Assembly (NCBI GenBank): GCA_951406725.2
Contig: OX597825.1
Span: 18,166,001 to 18,230,000 of the forward strand
Reading direction: 5' to 3'
Source: Octopus vulgaris
Lineage: Eukaryota
Length of the DNA stretch: 64,000 nucleotides
Below, one piece after another: positions 28,793 through 40,943 of this stretch (the stretch's first letter is position 1; every line of letters starts with the position of its first letter). The notes under the pieces were generated by a model. The model was not told the origin of the DNA. It did not search any database and saw only the letters and a program-made list of their open reading frames with translations. Position numbers and translations under genes: made by a program.

Positions 28793-28852
<60 letters not shown>
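27810..28852. repeat. Near-identical tandem duplication of about 0.5 kb
   Basis: GTACAGTCATATTC at 27848 and 28352. Both units end TTTATGGAGATATTAAAAATAATAAT. They differ by small indels. Confidence 0.9.
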
Positions 28853-28855
<3 letters not shown>

Positions 28856-29612
28856 TAAAAGATGGGCTACAGCAAATATTCTGCTCAATACCACAGATTT
28901 GCTTGTCAGTTGTTTGACCTTAAACTGTTGATCATGTCCCTTAGTGACTGACGATATGTGCATCTCTTATCCTGCACAGAAGCATTGGGGGATTATCATA
29001 GCCGTGCGTTACAAGGAATTCTTAGAGGTTTGTATAATTCACCTTTGGAAACATGGGTTGTTCGTTCAACATCCTTAAAAATTCTTATTCAGGGACCTAA
29101 AATATACGAAGCCCAATATACCCATCATGACTACCCGTCTGATAAGGGTACGCCTGGCACATGCATCACATCCATATGTGCGCTACTTGGTGATCTCATA
29201 TCAAGATAAACAGCACTTGACCTTGCAGGTGGAGCCCAGTTAGAATTTTCTTCAGGTTGAGTAGCCCATCCCGCACAAACGGTCCCTGAATAAGGGTTGT
29301 TTAAGGATGTTGAAAAAACCACCCATGTTTCCAGAGGTGAATTATTCAAACCCAAAAGAATCCCTCTCAACACATGGCTATGATGCCCCCCCACTACTTC
29401 TGCTCATAATCAGAGATGCACATATCGTTAGCCACTAAGGGACATGCTCAACTAGTTACGGTCAAACAACTGACAAGCAAATCTGTGGTATTGAGCAGAA
29501 TATTTGCTGTAGCCCATCTTTTATACCAAGACAAAACAATGTACATGATAACACTTTCAATCAGTTAAGATCAGAAGCCATGAGAGCCATTGCCTGGTAC
29601 TGCATCAGGGCT
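28853..29612. mobile_element. Dispersed repeat at (TAA)n with ~245-bp inverted duplication
   Basis: 28853-29097 is inverted at 29281-29525 (diverged). Left flank is (AAT)n and right flank is (ATT)n. Confidence 0.75.
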
Positions 29613-29645
29613 TTTATTATTGTTATTATTATTATTATTATTATT

Positions 29646-29830
29646 TTATGTTTGACTTTTGCTTTGCATTTACACAAGTTGGCTCCAAGTCTCACCCAGA
29701 GACCTCAAGAGACAACAAGTTGTGAGTTCATGTTGGTGTTATGGCTAGATTGCCATATATTTGGTTTTGAACCTAGTGCTGTTCAAGGGACATAATAGCT
29801 GACCTTTTTAGAGTGCTGAGATCTGATTTG
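29646..29830 (-). mobile_element. Possible 3' end of a (TAA)n-targeting R4/Dong-like LINE
   Basis: Minus strand ends ...GAGGTCTCTGGGTGAGACTTGGAGCC...CAAACATAAAATAATAAT into (TAA)n, head-to-tail with the 28853-29612 repeat. Family call is from memory of similar 3' ends. Confidence 0.35.
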
Positions 29831-30092
29831 AAATAGAGCCCAGTTCGGCTTCGTATTTTATATTTAAGTGATGAATTTATAGAATGTATTGGCTTGCGCT
29901 GATATAGGCCTTTTTCGCTACAGCTGACAGTTCATCAAATATTGGTTTGGTTGAATTAGATTGTTGTTCGAATCAGCATGGAGTTTATACTAGGTTGTGA
30001 CAATTATTTTAACAATAACTTTTTCGACATAATGTAACGCAATGAAACAAAATATGACGTCGGTTTTTTAAATTTTTTGTCATCGTTTTGTT

Positions 30093-30448
30093 AATTACCT
30101 CCGCCTTGGCGAAAGCGGAAGTGCTGTTTTCAGTAGCGTTTGTTAGTTTGCTTGACTATGGACAATATATCTCTAGAACTGCTGGATGAATTTGGATGAA
30201 ACTTTCAGAGATGTTTGTCCTTGTGACTGTCCAGAAATGCCTAGGACAAGGATTCTGGGTTATTTTTTCAATTTTTCTCTTTTTACTTAATTTTTGAGAG
30301 TGATCAGGTTCATTTTTAATATCCTCGTTTGTGAGAGCAATCAAGTTTATTTAAGATATTCTCATTTTGAAAATCGTCTTTGGTCAATCGTTGAGTAGAC
30401 GTTGGTTTTGTCTTGGCATAGGTTCGCGATCTCTGGGTGCTCTCGTTT
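30093..30448 (+). mobile_element. Helentron-associated non-autonomous element (HINE/DINE-1-like)
   Basis: 5' ATTACCTCCGCC...GCGGAAGT inverted motif, TTTG-type repeats, GAATTTGGATGAAACTT, and 3' CTTGGCATAGGTT...CTCTGGGTGCTCTCGTTT echoing the subterminal repeat. Confidence 0.55.
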
Positions 30449-30501
30449 GATATAGATTGTGTTTTCACATTTACATTCAGTAACAGCAGCAGCTGAGGGA
30501 G

Positions 30502-30728
<227 letters not shown>

Positions 30729-31367
30729 AAAATTGGAGTGGAGAAAGGCAGTGGGATGGGAAGTGGGTGCGCAGCCAAGACAAGAAAAAAATAAAGAAGG
30801 AAACAAAAGTACGAATATTGATGGAGACAAACTTGTCACGAACGAATAAGAGTCGAAGAGCAAATAAAAAAACAAAACAAAAATCTTTTGAAGAACGATA
30901 AAAAACAAAAGGAAAAAAAGAAGACTAATGAGAAAAAACATTAGACACTTTTAAACAAAATGGCGTGTGTAATATATATATATGTATGTGTGTGTATATG
31001 TATAAATATATGTGTATGTATATATATATATGTATATATGCACACTCGTATATATATATATTTACATATACCTGTGTATCTATATATTTAACAGAGATCT
31101 ATGTACATATGTAGATACATATATAAATGTGTGTGTATACATATTTATATATATATATATATGTGTATGCTTGTATGGATACATGAGTGTTTATCTTCGT
31201 ATTTGGGTGGAGTGTATTTACAGCTACAAAATTATGAGTGGTACTGAAAAATTTATAGAATTTCAAATATAGTTACTAGTCGAGTTTCAAAAAATATGTG
31301 CTTGGTATAGTTGCCAAAATAATTTGCGTCCTAAGAATAAACTAGGCCGATATATACGTACATACAT

Positions 31368-31430
<63 letters not shown>

Positions 31431-32097
31431 TGCAACAATGGTGTTTGCTGGTAAATTGGCATCTTGCAAAGTTCATAATGCAAATGAGTGTATGGAGAAA
31501 ACTCGAAGCTAAATTTCGATATCACGAGATGTAAAGAAGACGATCAATGTTAAGTGAAAGTAAGTACAAAAATAAGAATAAATTTCTTGTGGTCATCACG
31601 ATGCTCGTAATCTTCGGTTTTGGTATTCTAAGATATTTGAAAATATACCTTTTAAAATAGAGTTACTTTTACGTTTACATTCATATAAATTGAGATAGGG
31701 ACGAGTGACAACGAAGGTTACTTCAGTGACCAGAATCAACACTGCATTAAATGAAGCCATGGCCTAAATGAGTAGTAAAAGATCTAAGAATAATTTGTTT
31801 AGGTTTCAATCGAACGGTCAAAATGTATGTATTTGTAAACAGAGAGCCGCAGATTATCACACAAGAAAGCATTTGTTTTTATGATATATAGATATATACG
31901 TATGTATGTATGTATGTATGTATGTATGTATGTATGTATGTAGGCATTATGTATGTATGTTTGTACGTATGTATGTATATATGTATGTATGAAAATATTC
32001 GAAGGTAAGGTTATATATAAGCATGCGTGCATATATACATATATATAAATGCTTATACATATATATAGATCTGTATGTATGCATATATCTATCTATC

Positions 32098-32198
<101 letters not shown>

Positions 32199-32609
32199 TT
32201 GCATGTGTATACATTATTGCATATATATATGTTCCCGTTTTGTGCATGCGCGCACTCGTATATGTGTGTGAAAGGATATATTCTGGTACAATGTAGGGAC
32301 TTGTTACTGCTGTACATCTATCATTCGATATTTTCGGTGTAAGCCTATTAAATACATCTTAGAACAATCTTAAACGCGATAATGCATTGATAAATTATGT
32401 CATGTTTCCTTGATGGGTCCCAAGATAACAATAAAATATTTCTATATACGTGGCAGCCATGTTTATTATGACGGTGATTAAAGCGAGTTTTATGGACGGC
32501 GTCATTAAACAGATGCTCAATATGCGTAATTATAATTAGTATTAAGTTTTCTACTACTACGACTACGACTACTACCGGTAATACTACTGCTGCTGCTTCT
32601 GCTTCTTCA

Positions 32610-32692
<83 letters not shown>

Positions 32693-33278
32693 CACGACCA
32701 CCATGGCCTTAACCACCACCACCACCACCACCACTGCTACTACTAATACTACTACTACTACTGCACCTGCTGCCACTACTTCTACCACCACCACCATCAC
32801 CACCATCACCACCACAACTACTACTACTACTACTCCCAGTAAAATTACTAGCACCACCATCACCACTACTACTACCACAACTACTGCTGCTGCTGCCACT
32901 ACTACTACTACTACTACTACTAGTAGTAGTAGTAGTAGTAGTAGTAGTAAGGTGAGGAGCTTGCCGAATCCTTAGCAGTTTGGTCAAAATACTTAGTTCT
33001 ATTTCTTCAGTGTTTTTCATATGTGAATTGAAGTACTGCGGTAGATGTAATGGATGTCCACCCGCTTCCCACGAAATTTCCGGTACGGTGCCTCGTGTAG
33101 AATAATTATGCATACTAGTACGAGGAGCCGAGTTGGCAAAGAATTACGGTAACACGCATCTAGAGATGATGATAAGAAAGTTAGTCTAACACACACGAAG
33201 AGGTTCTTTTGTACATTCATATAAATAGACAAAGAGCTAGGAGAATAAAAACTACTAATCAGCAGGTAGGTCTTACAT

Positions 33279-33666
33279 GTGGAAGCACTCCGTCGGTTAC
33301 GACGACGAGGGTTCCGGTTGATCCGAATTAACGGAACAGCCTGCTCGTGAAATTAACGTGTAAGTGGCTGAGCACTCCACAGGCACGTGTACCCTTAACG
33401 TATTTCTCGGGGATATTCAGCGTGACACAGAGAGTGACAAGGCTGGCCCTTTGAAATACAGGTACAACAGAAACAGGAAGTAAGAGTGAGAGAAAGTTGT
33501 GGTGAAAGAGTACAGCAGGGATCACCACCATCCCCTGCCGGAGCCTCGTGGAGCTTTTTGGTGTTTTCGCTCAATAAACACTCACAACGCCCGGTCTGGG
33601 AATCGAAACCGCGATCCTATGACCGCGAGTCCGCTGCCCTAAACACTGGGCCATTGCGCCTCCACT
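33279..33666 (-). mobile_element. tRNA-derived SINE family B variant
   Basis: Reverse complement of 36721-37090. Candidate TSD GTCTTACAT at 33270-33278 and 33669-33677. Confidence 0.88.
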
Positions 33667-34517
33667 ATGTCTTACATAATCGTCGTAGGAAATGACACCA
33701 ACGCATCAGAGGTGGGAATTTACCATTTCTGAAGAGGAATCATAGTTATTGGTTTTTAATCTTGTTTATGAATTTTATTTCATTTGTTTATTTATTCTCA
33801 TTGTTGGAACACTAATTATTTTTCCTTAATATGTTTAGTTCCCTATATCAAACAAAGTCCCTTGATCTAAGAAAACTTTTTCAGTATATGTTTAAATCGA
33901 AAATAGAATTCTGATTCTCCCAAAAGATTCCCACGTTTGGTATAACTTAGTCACAAGAAAACCATACGGAAGCATAATATTTCTCCTTCTGTATTATGAC
34001 AAGGAAACTACCATTACAACGATCTTCTAAATGAATTATCGTTAAAATGACTGATAGTCTCCCTTGAGTATTCTGTTCTGAAGTGAACAAAAACGTATCT
34101 ATATTTGTAGACAAATATTTTCAATATACCCGTGTGAATATCGACATATATTATAGGGAATATAATTTATCACAAAATGAATTCTAAACAATAGCGTTTT
34201 AAATCTCAAGACATCATGATCAAATATTGCTACGTGTTTATGTTATGTAACACTGGCCAAGGGCAGGAGGTCAATGCAAAGGAATGCAGGAAAAGAAAGG
34301 TAAACATTTTGTACATAGAGTGACGGGTGTACATGTAGTCGCAATTGAATATAACACAAAAAAACATGCAGACAAATGTATGCGTGTGTGTATGTGTGTT
34401 TGTGTGGGTGGAAGGTGTGTATGTGCTTTCGTACATGTATGTGTATATATATGTATATATATATAAATATAAAGTAACTCATGAACAGACAATTTTGTGC
34501 ATAACGTCTATGAAGCG

Positions 34518-34559
<42 letters not shown>

Positions 34560-34609
34560 CATAGACAAACACATACGGACATGCACACTCACACTCACAT
34601 ACAAACACA

Positions 34610-35850
34610 TACACACTCATATAATTCATAGAGAGATAGCAGGAGTGACCAGAGACATACAGACAGAATAACACACAGAAAGAACAACAGAAACGCAATT
34701 TACACTTTTGAAATCTTATTGGTATTCCTGTATCCACATCGTTGATAGAGAAGTATATTTTAACACATCATCCTATCATATCAAAAAATATACACTTGCT
34801 GCTGATGACTAATCCAGCCGATTGAAAAGTAGCTCACACCAACACAATAACTCCCTCTGCCATCGCCTCCTTAAAAATAGTAACTGACTATCCAGACACA
34901 CTTGGAAACCAATGGATGGATGAATCAAGTATCACATGAATCAAGGTAAACAGAGGCACCAGAACAGAGAAGAAAAAGCTAATGTTTTGTATCATCTGCT
35001 CTCTTTGAAGGAAAATACATCACTCCTGAACTCGTCTCTAGGTTTCGATCTTAAAACTAAAACGCAACTCACATCAATTGCCAGAATCTTCAAAGCAGTT
35101 TCTACAACGCTTTAGTGACGTGAACAAAAGCCGCCTTCAATATCACAACCATTCATTGTACCACTCATTTGTTCTATCATGCCCTGTAGCTAGACATGTG
35201 ATTAATCCTAAAGCAGAGCGACATGCTTGACTAAAGTGCATTGCATCGTTATGAACCTTATTAGTCACCTGAGTGACGCCGAATAAGAACGGTGTACGGA
35301 GATCCGTCCAAAGGGCAGAACATCAACGTGATGATAAATCGATTGCAGTGTGGAATAAGCAGGTTCGCCATTCAGAAACACATAAAACCGTTAACTTCAC
35401 TAAGCATTTATTTGTATTATGATTCCAGCACTTCTGTTGCTTGAAACTGCGATTTTAGTTTTAAGATCGAAACCTAGAGACGAGTTCAGGAGTGATGTAT
35501 TTTCCTTCAGAGAGAGCAGATGACACAAAACATTAGCTTTGCTTCTCTGTTCTGTTTGCCTATGTGATACTTGATTCATCCATCCATTGGTTTCTAAGTG
35601 TGTCTGGATAGTGAGTTACTATTTTTAAGGAGGCGATGGAAGAGGGAGTTATTGTGTTGGTGTGAGCTACTTTTCAATGTATATTTTTTGAGATGATAGG
35701 ATGATGTGTTCAAATATACTTCTCTATCAACGATGTGGATACATGAATACCAATAAGATTTTAAAGGTGTAAATCGCGCTTCTGTTGTTCTTTCTGTGTG
35801 TCATTCTGTCTGTATGTCTCTCTATGAATTATATATGAGTGTGTATGTGT
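34610..35850. repeat. Long inverted repeat (arms about 400-450 bp, spacer about 380 bp)
   Basis: About 34610-35066 is the reverse complement of about 35448-35850 with several indels. Short scrambled pieces recur at about 35850-35893. Confidence 0.85.
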
Positions 35851-36720
35851 CTGGACAGTGAGTTACTATTTTCCTTCAAAGAGAGCAGATGACAAAGCCA
35901 CACTGAGATGAGTGACACTCAAATGTGTCTTCGAAAAGCTGTAGCAATATAGACGCAACGTACAATATAACAAGAGAAAAGCTACATGTCGACATTGATC
36001 AATATGAAAGACAAATGACAACCACATCAGTAAAAGGAGTATTATAATATATTTCTGTATCAACGGTGTCGATACAGAAATACTTCTTATGCTTCTTAAA
36101 GCAAACACGGCCCAACCACGGTACCAACGTAAAGAGATACATCATCCAACATAATAAAGCATTCATTACATTTGAGAATTTGCTGGATATTACTACTTTA
36201 TAAAGAGGAACTTTAGAGTGGTTTGAGACCACATACGTTAAATTTAGAAGTGTTCTTTTCCAGTAATTGATTTGATCTGGGACTGTTTTGTTAAACTAAA
36301 GCAATTACATCGTGAAAGATACATTACCTATTCAAAAATGCATAAAAATTTGTTCTTCACTTAATCATTTAGTATTTTCTATCCGAAGTTTCATCTCACT
36401 CTCTGCGACCTGGTCGATGACAGAGTTCCGCGTAGCATGTCTAAGACATGGGTAGTAGACGTTATATATAGGTTTCATGATTATAAACATAATGTTCCCG
36501 CATCGATATAGGGCCACTATTTTGGATATCATGAACTGGTACTCAGTGTGGGACAGTTCAAATATTCAAATGAAAACGTGGCTATTGAAATAAAAACAAA
36601 ATTTTAAAAATCTAAGTCAAAATTTGACTGGTACGAACAAATAAACTCGAGATTGGTGGGAAACTACATGAATGACATAAGTATGTAAGAAACAATACAA
36701 ATGCAGCATATATTCAATCC

Positions 36721-37090
36721 GTGGAGGCGCAATGGCCCAGTGGTTAGGGCAGCGGACACGCGGTCATAGGATCGCGGTTTCGATTCCCAGACCGGGCATT
36801 GTGAGTGTTTATTGAGCGAAAACACCTAAAGATCCACGAGTCTCCGGCAGGGGATGGTGGTGCTCCCTGCTGTACTCTATCACCACTTACTTCCTGTTTC
36901 TGTTGTACCTGTATTTCAAAGGGCCGGCCTTGTCACTCTCTGCGTCACGCTGAATATCCCCGAGAACTACGTTAAGGGTGCACGTGTCTGTGGAGTGCTC
37001 AGCCACTTACACGTTAATTTCACGAGCAGGCTGTTCCGTTGATTCGGATCAACCGGAACCCTCGTCGTCGTAACCGACGGAGTGCTTCCC
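36721..37090 (+). mobile_element. tRNA-derived SINE family B variant
   Basis: A-box TGGCCCAGTGG, B-box GTTTCGATTCC. TSD ATATTCAATCC at 36710-36720 and 37091-37101. Confidence 0.9.
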
Positions 37091-37485
37091 ATATTCAATC
37101 CAATTCTTCATGAAGCCGAAACGTTTCAGAGCAGGAAGACACAAGCCTTTTAGTATCTCGGTCAGATCCAAAGCCTGAATTTTTTAGATGCCGCACTAAA
37201 AACAGTTAAACACAAGTCAATGAAAGAAAAAATTATTATCTTTATAGAGGGATGACCATTGGCGGCGGCGGCAATGGCTGGAAGGATGCTTTCGTAGTCG
37301 CACTTAGAACCGCTGGTCTTGAAACATTGGATATCAATTTAGAAACACAACTATTCCGTATCAACTATGAAATATGAAAAATATAAAAGAAAGATAAAAT
37401 TTTAATGTTGTCGTGTATATAATGCAACACATATGCGTATGTATATGAGTATGTCTATCTATCCTTCTATCTATCTATCTATCTA

Positions 37486-37560
<75 letters not shown>

Positions 37561-38560
37561 GTATATATATATATATATATATTCTTTTATTGGTTTCAGT
37601 CATTTGACTGCGGGCATGCTGGAGCACAGCTACTAGTCGAGAAAATCGACCCCAGGACTTATTCTTTGTGAGCCTAGTACTTATTCTATCGGTTCCTTTT
37701 TTTTTTGCCGAAACGCTAATTTACGTGGTTGTAAACACACCAAAATTCTTAATAAATTTCATCATCACCACCAGCAGCATAAGCAGAAATTTATTTCGCA
37801 ATTATAGTACCGTTGCAGTACCAAAACATCCGGCGCAATCTCTACTATTATTATTACGATTATCATGAACGCAAAATAAATAAAAAAAATGTGAGCACAT
37901 CTACATACCATGTCTACTAAAATGATAAAATGACCTTGATCACCATCACCATTATCATCACTACAACCTCACACGAAGGAGCTAATAATTGGCCGATCGA
38001 CCTATAAATAAAGGCGACCATATTTCCCTCCAGCCAGAATCCTACTGTGTCAGAAAGAATGTATTGGATAACGTAGTCTGCGGAAAACAGTCCGGTTGAG
38101 CTTGTCTGGAATGGGTTTTTTTTCCTGATTAAAGGCTTTTCTGGTTAAAGTATGACCTAGAACTCAGCAATAACCACAGCCGCATTGATATTATCATAAA
38201 TAATATTAATTTTCGCTCGTCCATCATATCCACCAAGTAACACCAGCGAGATAACTTCCTTTTGAATCGGCATCATCAAAAGCAACTAAAGAGCTTATAT
38301 TAATACCACACCAGCCAGCATCTCCATTATTACCACCACCATCACCACTACTACCACCATCCTGATGTCTCCCTCCTGCATCTCCTACTTCTCCTCATCA
38401 TCATTCGCATCATCATCATCATCATCGTCATCATCAACGTGTATTCATAATTCTCGTAAAGAATGTGACTATGAAGAAAGCTTTCACATCTACAACAACC
38501 AGCAACAATAAAAACAATAGGCAACTAAAAGCACAAAAAAATATGTATAATCCGTCTCAA

Positions 38561-38926
<366 letters not shown>

Positions 38927-39293
38927 GAGAATAACAATCGTCAGCATCATAAAAATTATTAGGATACAAACGACTATAGAACTAAAGAACAGCTCATCCT
39001 TCCCACCTAGCACCAACAGAATTAACCGTACCATCAGCCCCTACACACACACACACACGTACACACACGTACAAACACACACACAGGCTTCACACACAAG
39101 AAACTACTTCATAAACAAAAAGAAACCACCTAAGAACACATTCCTGCCACCACTAACCGCCATCACATTTCTTTCCTGATTTATTTTTGTCTGAAAGTCT
39201 GCTGCCGGCTATTTTCTTGTCAGACCTGACATCACACGGAATATATGTACGGATATATCTGTACGCATGGTCTGATATATATGTATATATATA

Positions 39294-39362
<69 letters not shown>

Positions 39363-39635
39363 ATATGTATATATATATATACACATACATATATGCACAT
39401 ATATATATGTATACTTATATATATAAATATATATATATACATACATAGATACATGTATACATATATATATATATGTATGTATACATATATCTATGTATGT
39501 ATATATATATATATATATGGATGTATATGTATCAACATAAATGTCTCTGTGTGTGAGGATGTCTATTCATGTGCCAATATATATATATCTGTATCTATAT
39601 CTATATCTACACTCACACAAACAGACACACACGCA

Positions 39636-39731
<96 letters not shown>

Positions 39732-40070
39732 TGTATAGTTCTATACATATATGTAGGTTTGGAATAATGGATGTATACCGTATGTTAGAACGTATATGTG
39801 TATGTGTTTCTATACATCACTCTGTGTAAGCATCCGTCTATGAAGCCGAGTGCTATTGTTCATATCATTGTTGTTCTCTGTGTGTAGTCTTACATACCCG
39901 AGTATATGGCGCTTCTGTCATTATACGATTGTCTACCTAATACGTATCAGTCAGTAATCACATGTTTGTAAATGTCGTAGTAAAGTTTTCACGTGTGTGG
40001 TGTGTATAGAGTAAAATAAAATGAACGTATGTTTCATGTCTTAATCCTAACAGCTAAAATCTCCCCTCTC

Positions 40071-40111
<41 letters not shown>

Positions 40112-40325
40112 ATAAGGGGAGGGGGAGAGCGAAAGAAAGAATGAAAGTAAGACAGAAAGAGGCAGAAATGTTGGTTTGCTAGGTCAAACATGAATGCTTT
40201 TTTTCGGGCGTATTGAAATGTGGTCAACTAAAACGGATCCATATTGATTGTTTTCGGATACTCATATATCCTTTACCGTTTATCCATTTACAAACATATG
40301 CAAAAATATGTAACAGCGTTTATTT

Positions 40326-40411
<86 letters not shown>

Positions 40412-40444
40412 CGTGTGTATGTGTGTATATATATATATATATGA

Positions 40445-40481
<37 letters not shown>

Positions 40482-40655
40482 CACATATATGTATATATAT
40501 ATATATATACATGTATGTATCTTTGTACATATATATAATACTATATAAATATATGCATATATACATACAAAAATGTACATACCTACATCTATATGTATAT
40601 ATTCATGCATATATGGGTACAGGACATACAAAAACTTGAACACTATGAGAAACGA

Positions 40656-40770
40656 AAACATAAAAACAAAAACATAGAAAGGATATTTTTTTTCAAACAA
40701 CGAAAGAAATAGAGTACAAGACATATTTTTTATATTATTATATGATGGAATGCCACGCATTCATTTCCAA

Positions 40771-40832
<62 letters not shown>

Positions 40833-40941
40833 TTGGAAATGAATGCGTGGCATTCCATCATATAATAATATAAAAATATGTCTTGTATATTTCTTTCGTT
40901 GTTTGAAAAAATATCCTTTCTATGTTTTTGTTTTTATGTTT
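40656..40941. repeat. Palindrome centred on (TA)30 at the 5' junction of the PLE
   Basis: 40656-40771 is the reverse complement of 40832-40941 apart from a 3-nt indel and homopolymer differences. The spacer 40772-40831 is pure (TA)n. Confidence 0.9.
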
Positions 40942-40943
40942 GA

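Noticed and set aside
36721-36795. tRNA gene
   Set aside because: A and B boxes are the head of a SINE with a TSD and a long SINE body. The same applies at 8671 and 33600.
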